A DNA stretch of 64,000 nucleotides from Mizuhopecten yessoensis (lineage: Eukaryota): positions 892,363 through 956,362 of the forward strand of contig NW_018404943.1 of NCBI RefSeq assembly GCF_002113885.1. The letters run 5' to 3'. The stretch's first letter is position 1; each line of letters begins with the position of its first letter. The translations under genes and the position numbers were made by a program. A model generated the notes under the pieces. The model was not told the DNA's origin. It made no database searches and saw nothing but the letters and a program-made list of their open reading frames with translations. This document shows, piece by piece, positions 37,470-64,000 of the stretch.

Positions 37470-39720
37470 AAACGTTCTTACAAGAAAATGGAGTTAAAGC
37501 TGAAACGTCAATACAAACGACACGAAGGTGACATGCTGGAAATGTTATAAAAATCGAACCCCAAGAAGTTCCACAAACTATTTAAAAGCAAATCAAGCCA
37601 ATGGGCAAATTCAAGTTTATCAAACGAAGATTTTTATACTTATTTTAAAAATCTAACAATGAGTAATAATAGTGATGAAGATGACAGCGAACCTAATATC
37701 GACGAGGCCATCTACGATGAATTAGACAAAGATATTGATAAAGATGAAATATTAAAAGTCATAAACAATCTAAAAAACAACAAAAGTTGCAGTGAGGACT
37801 TAATAATCAATGAAATTTTTATTAAAGGAAAAGATATTTTGTTGCCTTGTATGGAAAAATTGTTCAATGTGATTTTTAAGTCTGGGCATTTCCCAGAAGC
37901 ATGGTGCAAAGCTTGTATTGTTCCAATTCACAAAAAGGGCAACTTAAATGACACCAATAATTATCGTGGCATTTCGTTAGTTAGTTGTTTTGGAAAAGTT
38001 TTTACGGGCGTTTTAAATACCAGAATATTAAATTGGGAAAAAAAGTATGGTATTCTAACTGACGCACAGTTTGGTTTCAGACCTGGAATGTCAACCACTG
38101 ACGCCATTTTTGTTTTAACAACCCTTATAAATAAGTCCCTAAAAAAGAAAAAGCGTTTGTACTGCTGTTTTGTAGACTTTAAAAAAGCTTTTGATTTTGT
38201 TAATAGAAGCAAGTTATGGTGTAAAATGATCAATTGTGGTATCAGAGGTAAATTCCTTCAAATTTTGATTGACCTATATAATAATGTTAAATCATGTGTA
38301 AAGTATAATGGAGTCCTAAGTGATAGTTTTTGCAACAAGATTGGACTTTTACAGGGCGAAGTACTGTCACCAGTTTTATTTTCCTTATATGTTAATGATT
38401 TTGAGATCAATTTCATAAAAGACAATTGTCCAAGTGTAGAACTGCAACTTATAAACCTATTTTTGATAATGTATGCAGATGACATGGTGCTGCTATCAGA
38501 AACACCAGAAGGTCTCCAATCTATGCTGGACTCCCTACAGGATTATTGTAACACATGGGATCTGGAAGTCAACATATCTAAAACCAAAATAGTTGTTTTT
38601 AGAAATGGTGGTAACTTACGAAATAATGAAACGTGGTCTTATAAAGATACAAACATTGATATCGTGGATGAATTCAAATATCTAGGTATGCTTTTTCATT
38701 ATAATGGAAAATTTCTTAAAACACAGAAGCATGTGGCTGATCAAGGAAGAAAGGCACTGTTCGCCTTAGCATCTTCGTTACGCAATTATTGTTTTAATAT
38801 TGAAACTCAGTGTACTATTTTTGACTCTTATGTAAACAGTATTTTGTGCTATGCCTCAGAAATCTGGGGATTTCACAAAGCACCTGATGTAAATAAAGTT
38901 CATTTAAATTTTTGTAAAAAAATTCTAGGAGTCAGACAATGCACTAATAATGATCTGGTTTATTGTGAACTTGGTAGATTCCCCCATATAGTCCAAAGGA
39001 AACTGAGGATTTTTAAATACTGGTTAAAAGTGAAATGTAGCGATAACTGTATATTAAAAGCTTGCTATGACGAGCGTATAAGTGGTAATGATGACTGGTT
39101 AATTAATATTAGGCAAGAATTAGCTAGTATGGGTTTGGAGTATATCTTTGAGGAAAACTTACCTATTAATATTGCGGCAAAGATTATAGAACAAAGATTG
39201 CTCGATGTTTCACGACAAAGTATGTTAACAAATATTTCAAATTCTTCAAAGGGGTATTTATATCAACACCTGATAGACAATGTCGACTTACAGTTTTATT
39301 TGCGTAAGCCAATCCAATCAAAATTCAAGCGTCAAATTACTCGCTATAGACTGTCCTCTCACAGTTTAAATATTGAGGTCGGGAGGCGGAATAATATAAA
39401 CCGTCATAATCGACTGTGTACTAGATGTAATTTAGGCGACATAAAAGATGAGTTTCATTTTATTCTCAAATGTCCATTTTATGAAAATCTAAGGTTAAAG
39501 TACATAAAGAAATATTATCGTTTAAGTCCGAGTGTGTTTAAGCTAACTCAACTATTAAGTACCAATAATGTAAAGGAAATTTTTAATCTTGGAAAATATT
39601 TACATTTGGCAACAAGTGTACGTAAAGAGTCACTCTCCTCTTAACATATGTCCATATGTTATTCTGTATTGTATTGCATAACATGTTGTACTTATCTTGT
39701 AATATATGTATTATACCCAT
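37470..39720 (+). mobile_element. 5'-truncated non-LTR retrotransposon (LINE) ORF2 fragment: reverse transcriptase plus C-terminal Cys/His motif
   Basis: ORF 37659-39644 with NYRGISL, QFGFR, FVDFKKAFD, GLLQGEVLSP, YADD, FKYLG and CTRC...DEFHFILKC. The same frame extends to ~37470 across one TAA (37548). No endonuclease domain, so non-autonomous; clade (RTE-X/CR1-like) not resolved. Confidence 0.92.
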
Positions 39721-40193
39721 GAGTCAGTCTTTTTTTTTGTAATTTTCTATGCCGAGCAGAGCAAGGCGAAAAAAAAATTCAGACCATAAAAAATAATTAC
39801 CAATATGTCTATTACCTGTGATTCTATAATTACATATGTAGTTATTTTTCGGGTATGCCTGATCCACTCTCCCTAATCCACCTCTAATTATGGCCTATAA
39901 AATCAATCATATTTGAATGAGCAACTGTTTCCCTCGAACCACATACATACGCATAATATCATTCAATAATCAGTAATACGCTCAAGGTTCCGTTCGAGGG
40001 AAAAGGGGGATGGGGGTTCGTTGCACAATACCATTCGATATTCAATAATGCGTACTTAAGTACTATTTTCGGAGAGTTTCATTGAACAATACCATTCAAT
40101 GTTCAGGAAGATGTACTATGGTAGGTGGGGGAGGTGGTTTCGTTGCACGATACTATTCCATATTCAGTAATACGTACTATATTCGGCGAGGAA

Positions 40194-40470
40194 GTGTGTG
40201 TGTGTGTGTGTGTGTGTGTGNNNNNNNNNNNNNNNNNNNNNNNNNNNNNNNNNNNNNNNNNNNNNNNNNNNNNNNNNNNNNNNNNNNNNNNNNNNNNNNN
40301 NNNNNNNNNNNNNNNNNNNNNNNNNNNNNNNNNNNNNNNNNNNNNNNNNNNNNNNNNNNNNNNNNNNNNNNNNNNNNNNNNNNNNNNNNNNNNNNNNNNN
40401 NNNNNNNNNNNNNNNNNNNNNNNNNNNNNNNNNNNNNNNNNNNNNNNNNNNNNNNNNNNNNNNNNNNNNN
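40194..40470. other. (GT)n microsatellite running into a 250-N assembly gap
   Basis: N run at 40221-40470. Confidence 0.98.
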
Positions 40471-41744
40471 GGGGGAGCTGGGTTCGTGTTGCACGATACA
40501 ATTCAATATTCAGTTATACGTACTATTTTCGGCGAGGGATGGGGGTCGTTACACGATACCATTCAATATTCATTAATACGTATTATGCTAGATATTATTA
40601 TGAGATACACTATCGGCACAAATACATGGAATACCAGCCGATAACTCTTCGTTTGATTAATGGGAGGGAGTTAAGAACATGTGCACCCAGTATTGATCTG
40701 CGCCTTATTTCTCTTTTTGATTGATTTAAACATATTTTTATTTATTTGCATCTATTACATATATACTATCGGTACAGATACATGGAATACCAACCGATAA
40801 CTCTTCCGAATGATTCTAGGGAGGGAGTTACCAGTACTCTCGGATGAAGACATGTACAACGCCTTTATATTTATACCTTACCATCGATGTCTCAGTAATA
40901 AAAAAAACGTGGCCTAAAATATATCGATGGAAAAAAAAGTTTACCCTTGTGCACCCCCAGCCTTGATCTGTCCCTGATTTCTATAACGTTTTATCTTTTT
41001 TATTTATCTGTTTATTTTATAATCTTTAGTATAGGAGGAACATATTTCAATAATCATCACTAGCATCGCACATTGACAGGTACGACTTATGAAATTGTTG
41101 CACGATACCATTCATTTTTTTCAGTAATACGTAAAATGTTCGGCGAAGGAGCAATGATTTCTGTTTAAGCCGGGATATGCAATTAGAATGTCGATAGATG
41201 TGGTTCGAAATAAATGTAAAAGCCCCGTGTAAATCTGTCATTTGATGTATTTGAATATAATATTATCCCGGATCCATATATACGGCTAGAGTTCAGCAAA
41301 CAAATGTCAGGTTGCCCACCCCCAGCCCTCCCCTCCCCTCCCCTNCCCTCCCCTCCCCTCCCCTCCCCTCGGAACTCGTTGGACTGAAAATTTGTCAAAA
41401 CTTTTCCATAGACAACTGCAAAGCATACTGACCTATATAAATCTTGATTTAAACATGTTTTTACAATAAAATATAAATATGTATTGATTTCTCTTACATT
41501 GTATTTTTTTTTTATCTATCTTTTTTATAGTCTTCAGTATAGGAGGAATGTTTTATAATAATCACCATTATCATCGTCTATTGACAGGCGCGACTTATGA
41601 AATTGTCAACTAGAAAATAAAATTCCTGTTTAAGCTCACGAATGTACTTATTGACCCTAGTTGTAACAGGCAACATTTACTTGAAGTTCATGAAAAAAAT
41701 GTCTGCATGCAAGTTCTGTTCACTCGGATGAATAGATGTGTGAC

Positions 41745-41896
41745 GTATTGCAACATCCAATCAGATTATACAACGCAAAGTTCGTGCAGCCGATGGGTAC
41801 AAAAGGGCGCGTGCGGCGTTTGTCACCAGTCCAGCCGACGTCCCTGCTCACCAGTGTCTACCGGCGTGGCTCAGTGTAGAAGCCCAAAAGGTAAGA
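41745..41896 (+). promoter_or_regulatory. Candidate promoter and non-coding first exon of gene B
   Basis: Locally GC/CpG-rich island with TGACGT (CRE-like), CCAAT and GCGCGTGCG, ending in a strong donor AAG|GTAAGA at 41890/41891; the ATG exon has an acceptor that needs an upstream exon. Confidence 0.4.
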
Positions 41897-44800
41897 TTTC
41901 ATTTCATTTTCGAGAATAGCAAATGTACTTATTTCTTAATACTTACTCGATAGAAGTATATGTATTTGTTCTGGGTTTAGATATACGTGCCTTTTATTGC
42001 TTTGTGTATGCCGGATATGTGGAATTATTGGAATTTAGAACTGTTTAATAACATTCTCCGTTTACTCGCGTTGTCGTACGAAAGTTTCAGTTCCTTCATA
42101 AATGCATCGACAGTGCTATAAATTGTTCTGTGGAAGTTTTTTAACATTCGTGCTTATTTTTATTGGTTATGAGATATTGAAGTGAAAAAACCCTTGCATA
42201 GTACATTATTTTTATATACAGCGCTATACGAAAGAATTTACAACGGAAACATATACTTACATTATATTGCATTGTAGTTCTGTAGAACACTGGTTTCACT
42301 TGAAATGCACATTCCCTATAGAAAGTTGTCGAAACGGAACTCGAAATTAACACCGAGGTAATTCTGAAATGCTAGCATGTATTTAGGCGCCATATTTGGC
42401 GTCCGTCCAAAACGTTAGTTCAGGGATTGTTTCTGAATCCAGAATGTTTTTGTAGATGTGCAATTCATACTTGCTATCTTTTTTGAAATTTCCATGGAGT
42501 TTCTGCATGCTCAAAATTACAACATAAATAAAATTTCTGTATGCACCCCTTGGAGACAAAATAACCCTTTAAAATGACAATTCAAGTTCTTTCACATGAT
42601 CGTAAGATCTTTGAATATAGGAATAGTTTAGCAGATTCACTGGTTGAAAACACTAAATTTTACGGTCCAAAATCGAGACTTCCTCCTAAATATTTGGGAA
42701 TGGCAAAAGCATGGCAATTTGGGCTTTAACATTCCTAAGGTTAAAGTCGAATACTATTACTAAAACAGTTGCTAACTCCCAAAGTTTTTATAGTTTTGGT
42801 CTTGAACAAATTAATTGTCCCCGGCCGATAATACAAAAACAAATATTTAAGGTGGTAGATAGTATTGGTTGATATCCTACATGACTAACACTATATTACC
42901 TGAATCCTGAAGTCTTGATGTGGGCAATGGTCAAGGTTACTGTTACTAAAAATAGAATCAAGAGGTACTTTCAAAAGTACGTTTTATGGCTTTCTTGTAA
43001 GAGTTCATTTCGTATTGCTAATTGTAAAATGGTGGATATCCTAAATTAATCATACCATATTACCCAGATTCCAAAATCCAAGATGGCTGCTGTCCATTTC
43101 CTCTGATGGACAAAGACATTATAGTTGTTGGTAAATGATAATGGCTGTGTAGGAACTAGAATCCATATCCATTATCAAACTTGTTGGACATCATTCCTCA
43201 TACGAGATTGTCCCTCGTATGTGATCATTTAGACCAAGCGTTATTATTAGGGTAAGACATCCAAGATGGCGCACATAGCAGCCATCTTTGATTTGAAATT
43301 CAACATGACTGTTTATGGCAGCCATTGTGTAATTTCATCACCAATTTACATTTTGATTGTGTCGATTCCAATAGAAAGGATTACCCAAGACCTGCTGTTA
43401 AAGGTCCCTGGGTGATTTCTAACTGTTATATTTGATATCAAATTCATAGTGGCTAGACGTGATTTCAATGTTAAAATTGTCTATCTGATTTAGTGAAAAC
43501 TTGAAGTAACGGGCCACAAAGTATTGCTATTTTCTTCTTCCAATTAAAACTGACGTGCTATCCTGAAACATGCTGCACAATAATAAGTTTCTGTTAACCA
43601 TTTTGATTTAAATTTTTAATCTACCACTTGGATTCTGTTGTATCATAAGGCATCCTTGGGGCAAAGGAATTTTTAAGTTATAGAGCTCAATAAATCAAAG
43701 TTGGGGTTGGCTGCACATGTCATTTGTTAAGTAGACTAGAGTGTTTTCTGTTTCTAATCTGTCATGGCTATAAAATATGGTAAATGTATCGTTCAATGTT
43801 GCTAAATATTACTGTTCGCGCTCATAGGCTTGTTAAATTTGATTATGATTATATGATCCAAAAATATTTTACCCACTGAATACATAGACAGATGGATGCA
43901 TAAAAGGATTTTGCAATGTTGACAGTCGGCTCTGAAATTTAAAACAAATCATATTTATTTGTATCGTCCCCATTCATAAAGATGCAACATTTAAATTTTG
44001 TTTGCTTGTACGCTTTTATACATAGATGTGTCTTTGTTCATTTTTGAAACCATTTTGTAACTTTCCTGATCGCGTGATAGAAGTAAAGTTAGTTGCAATA
44101 TTTTGATATCTTTGCTATGTAACAAGAATGCATTGTCTGTTGTAATTTTCACAACATGAACAAGTACATAATATTTAGTGTGGTCATTGATCGAAACATT
44201 TGTGAAAAAGGGGCACTCGCAATTAAGCCCCCTGTCCACTTTTGGTCTATATTTTTTTCACTTGGGGTGGGGGCTTATTTGCAGTAAAATATGGTATTTT
44301 CTCTTTATTTCCAAATCTAGGAACAAATGGAAAATATAATGAATTTGCAGTAGCGTACTGTGAAACACTAAGAGTTATGAAACATTTTGTTTTAAAATGA
44401 GTAGTGTTTTGGTTACCTAAATGTTTTAACAGCCCGTTCCTTTATTAATTGGGAAAATATAGCATTCTTTTTTATTGAAATTGGGAATATATTCCTTGGT
44501 TTGTCATTTTGGGAAAATAAGGCACTTTTTAGCTCTAGGGGAAACGGCCTGTATTCGGCGGTAAAACAGAGCAAAAATAATCACTGAGAGTATAGGAACT
44601 CCATCAATAAATGACATTTTATCTCCAATTAAGTAGTATCAGTAGTTGTCATGTTGATACATTGCTGAAATGAAATTTGTTTTCCAAGTCTGAAAACACA
44701 TGAAAAGGGCACTAGGTACAAAGCAGCTGTAGTAGATTCTGGTAGATCTATCGGCACGACGCTTACTTTCAGGGGAGAAATCTTCAATCAGATATTTTAC

Positions 44801-45789
44801 AATTTACCAGATTTAATAGTATATTATAAATAGAAGTTGATGGAACAAGTTTAAAGGACATACATTTGAAAGGTTAGGAATAACAAGAAACATGTGGACC
44901 CCTGTATGGTTTTTCCAGCAAATATACCTGTCGTGCACATGTGATCCTTCCATATTTACGCATAACTTTGGGTGCACATGCATGTTAACATGTGTAAAGA
45001 TAAATTTGCTGGTCAATGTCATTTGTGTATTTACGCATAATAACGCATTACTCTTGCACGTTCAGATTGCTGAGGATATGATTGTTTATAATGATTGGGA
45101 ATATGGGCAAGGGAAGAAATCCTTATACAGAATATAACTTTCCCTACTTATGATCAAATGGACAATATCTTGCAACATATCCATTATGTATTGAAAATAA
45201 TTTCAGAGACCCTAAACTTCTCCTGTAATTGATTTCTATTTATCAAATAGATGACTTAAAATATCTGCACCTTGTCCTATTCCCAGACTAGCATAGTTCA
45301 CAATATCGGTCAAATCTATATTTGGTAACCAATGAAATTGTTGTAATAAAAGAAATTCTGTGATGAACAAGTTTCCAGTCACTTGTCTCTGGCTAATTAT
45401 TTCTTATACATTTGACAATACTTCCCCATGCACATATCAACCTTCAATTTCAATAGATGCCCAAAGACACCAAAACATGCCCTATTTCTGAAACCTTTTT
45501 GTCTGCTCTTAATTCTCCTTGCTAGCATATATCATGTTTCTAGAAACTCTTTAAAAATAGCACTTCATCTAAAACATGTCCTTAAAGCGGAGGATATGAA
45601 TTCCATGAATTTACTTGTTTTAATTATTTTGACGACTCTTCTTTCTTTGATACTTCATGTTTAGAGTTGTCGCTTTTTCATCTGCTCTTTTGATAGAAAT
45701 GTTTCGATTCTAGATAATTAATGTCAAACTCTGCATAATTTGAGGTTCTTGTGTAAAAGATGTGCATTGGTTAGGTTGCCTTACAAGCG

Positions 45790-45876
45790 TCGGCTGTAGG
45801 CAATTTCCCTTTATCTCTGGGGTAGAGCATCGGGCTGGAGAGCAAAGGGTTGACGGTTCGAACCCCAGCGACGGCA
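45790..45876 (+). mobile_element. Degenerate tRNA-derived SINE head
   Basis: GGTAGAGCA A-box-like and GGTTCGAACCC B-box; no intact cloverleaf; similar head on minus strand at ~52640-52700. Confidence 0.4.
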
Positions 45877-46290
45877 CTATCTTTATCACTATTTTTCGTA
45901 TTACTACACTATGTACCTCTTTATCACAGCATAGTTTGAAGGTTGTCAAATTCATGCATTCACAAATTATCTGGTTATAGGGCCTTTGCAACCAGCCAAT
46001 ATCTTTCTCTCCTCTCTGGGGAGCATACAGCGTTACTGCCATTTCGGCGCTCAGGTCAAACAATAAAAATGTAGCTCTGTTTCCCAGACTGACTATTTTT
46101 TTCCTGCCCACACCAATACATTGTTTTTTTAAAAGTCGTGCACGTTATCAAATGTATTTTTTCTCCATTTCTACATCTGGACAAAACTAAAATAAAATGA
46201 ACGAGCTGTAATGTAGTTTGAAACACTAAAAATATCACTCAAGAAAACGATCTTTTTATCTTAATTTAAAGGCGCATCTTAAGTAGTGTG

Positions 46291-47192
46291 CATGGCTTTT
46301 TCTAAGGTCTCCCAGGGGCCGTATAACGGCCCCATTCCCAACAAATTAAGGATTTTTTCCCAATTTCAGGATTTTTTCCATAAGTCTGATATTACACATT
46401 TAGACCTAAAAATCATGTTTTATGACCAAAAATAATGTACATGTTATCGTTGGAACTCTTTTGGGATGAAAAGCGTCTTGATCTACATAAACGAAGTCAC
46501 TGGAGTGTTAGAAAGTAAGTAGTATTTCAGTAAGTGCTCAAAATACATGTCCATGTCGTTGTTGCACTTCTCTGACCTACTTCTACAACCTGGGTCGATA
46601 CAAAATAGCGAGATTTTCAACCTGAACAAAATTAATTTGAGTTTGTATTTCGCTTGTAGAACATTACATGTATTTCATTTTTGTATAACTGGAAAATCAT
46701 GGCAAAAGTTGTCTGCTTCACTTCGAAAGAGGAAAAACTCATTTATGTATTCGACACGAAATTCTTATCTAATTAAGGTTTTATGGAAAGGAATATTAAT
46801 TGGACCCTGTTGAACTTTTAAATGTATGTAAACACACTATACTTTAAAAATCCGAACTTTAAAAATGTGATCCGTCAGCAATCGCGGAAAATCAACTATG
46901 GGCAGTTGGAGGTTACACGGTGCCTGTCAAGAGTATCTCACCCTAACATTGTTGGAGTAGCCCATCGGGTGCTGACAATCCCTCGGGGCCCCAAATCTCA
47001 TGTCTGATGATGAGGGTCGACTCTGGTCAATAAGTTCAGGAACAAAAAATATATAATCCTGCCTTTTTAGTCGAAAAATATTGAAAATTTGGTCAATATA
47101 TTGTCTTTTATTGAAGGAAATATTTTCTTATGTCCTAGAATTTTTCCCAATTTCACTTCGGCCTTTTCCCAATTTACCTAGGAAAAGCCCTG
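46291..47192. mobile_element. Degenerate hAT-like non-autonomous element
   Basis: CATGGCTTTTTCTAAG versus CTAGGAAAAGCCCTG ends; flanks GTAGTGTG/GTGTTGTG resemble a decayed 8-bp TSD. Confidence 0.35.
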
Positions 47193-48066
47193 GTGTTGTG
47201 TTGCTAAACACTGCTGAAATGAATAGGAAACTTAGTCCATGAAAAATGCTTGGGTATAAAATGCAGTGAAATTCATGGAGAGAAATTTAGAAAAAACGCT
47301 GTTAACTTTGGTAGATCTATCGGCATGACACTTCCCTTCAGAGATCGGATCCTGAGCTATTCACTAGATTTAGAAGTATTTGTTAAATGATAGTTGTTAA
47401 TATCTATAAAAGAAAAATATTAATTGACATCTTATAAATTTGATTTTTTTACATGAATAAATAATTATGTTTTGTGCCATTAATACTTGATTAAAACGAT
47501 AACGGATATTTAATTCATTCATGGAGGTAAAATGATATACAAAAATAAAATGTTTTTCCGACCTATCTACACTGGGGAATGTTGGCTAGATGATTTGTCC
47601 CCTTTGGTATTAATTGGATTTTAGTAGAAGAAAAGTTGACTGGTCGATCCTTTCAACTTTGTACCACTTGGTATTTGTTTTTATACGACAGTTGTATGAC
47701 GGGTCGTATGCGCTGCGTTGTCCGTCCATCTGTTAACCGTTTTCTTGTCTTTGTTCTCCAGCCTTTATTCATGATTAATTATATCTTGATGAAACTTGGT
47801 ACATTTATTGCATACCAAAATAGCTCATGAGTTCACATTTCAGAAGTTTATGTGCATTTTTGTTGGCGTTATGCCCCTTTTATTTCCAAGTAAGTTCATT
47901 GTGCAGTAAATGACGGTTGTATACTACTATGCCCAATATGTATTGTTAACTGTGCATGCTTATGTTTTTGTAATAATACTTTTGCTAAAGGAATTGGCCA
48001 ACTTTGCACCCTTACCCCAAAGTTAATTGAAGCACTGGTATAAGAATTGTTTGTTTCAGCTGCAGA

Positions 48067-63537
<15,471 letters not shown>

Positions 63538-64000
63538 GTGAGGATACTGAATGCTTTATTAAGTCCCTACCAGTGCTAAAGGGAATATATAGATTTGCAC
63601 TCTCACAATAAGTTATGTCGCCATCATGGGCATATTTTATTTACTCTTAATATCGTTACATGATATCAAGTCTTCTGGTAACTCGATATACAGTGATTAT
63701 TTTTGGAAGTAGTGCCCTTACAGAACTAAAAATATTTATTTGGCCCCCCGTTTCCAATGTCTGCATAGCACAAATATCGGACCCTTTTGTATGCCGAGTG
63801 ACACTAGTGGTAGTAAGAAGCGAGTCTTTTTGGTACGCGCCCGCATGTTGTGTCGCACAACACGATGCTTCCAAGCACAGCTGTATTTAACATGTAATGT
63901 CCAGGATCGGAGTAGCAAGGAAATCTTAAAACCAAAATCACATGGGCGTTTGTCTCGTGTCGACATAGTTTGGTTAAATGGATTGCATAATTTATCATCA

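Noticed and set aside
37659-39644. Domesticated RT gene functionally linked to the collagen pair
   Set aside because: Looks like an ordinary 5'-truncated LINE copy with an upstream in-frame stop and no endonuclease; nothing ties it to the collagens
40082-40724. ORFs spanning the N run
   Set aside because: Artefacts of the assembly gap
45790-45876. tRNA gene
   Set aside because: Only box A/B remnants; acceptor and anticodon stems do not pair

Overview
AT-rich, intron-containing animal DNA. It is most likely from a bivalve mollusc, inferred only from the SINE, Helentron-type and MITE families present. Two spliced collagen-like genes lie head-to-head. Gene A (minus strand, 8 coding exons, ATG 20583 to stop 3995, 5040 nt, 1679 aa) encodes a signal peptide, a ~160-aa N-terminal domain, a Thr-rich stalk, ~1,180 residues of Gly-X-Y built from a near-perfect 81-bp repeat, EGF domains, one TM helix and a short cytoplasmic tail. 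It is therefore a predicted type I membrane collagen. Gene B (plus strand, ATG 48067, open at the right edge) encodes a signal peptide, a homologous N-terminal domain with the same intron phases, a PPPPSCDSC linker and at least ~2,670 Gly-X-Y residues, 2,367 of them in one 7.1-kb exon. Both helices put Thr, not Pro, in the Y position, so they cannot rely on 4-hydroxyproline. The introns and the ~27 kb between the start codons contain a 5'-truncated LINE RT, SINEs, MITEs with TTAA or 9-bp target duplications, Helentron-like elements, Penelope-type minimal hammerhead ribozyme motifs and several satellites, including an 8.6-kb purine-rich array. Exon models are read from GT/AG sites and phase continuity, without transcript data.
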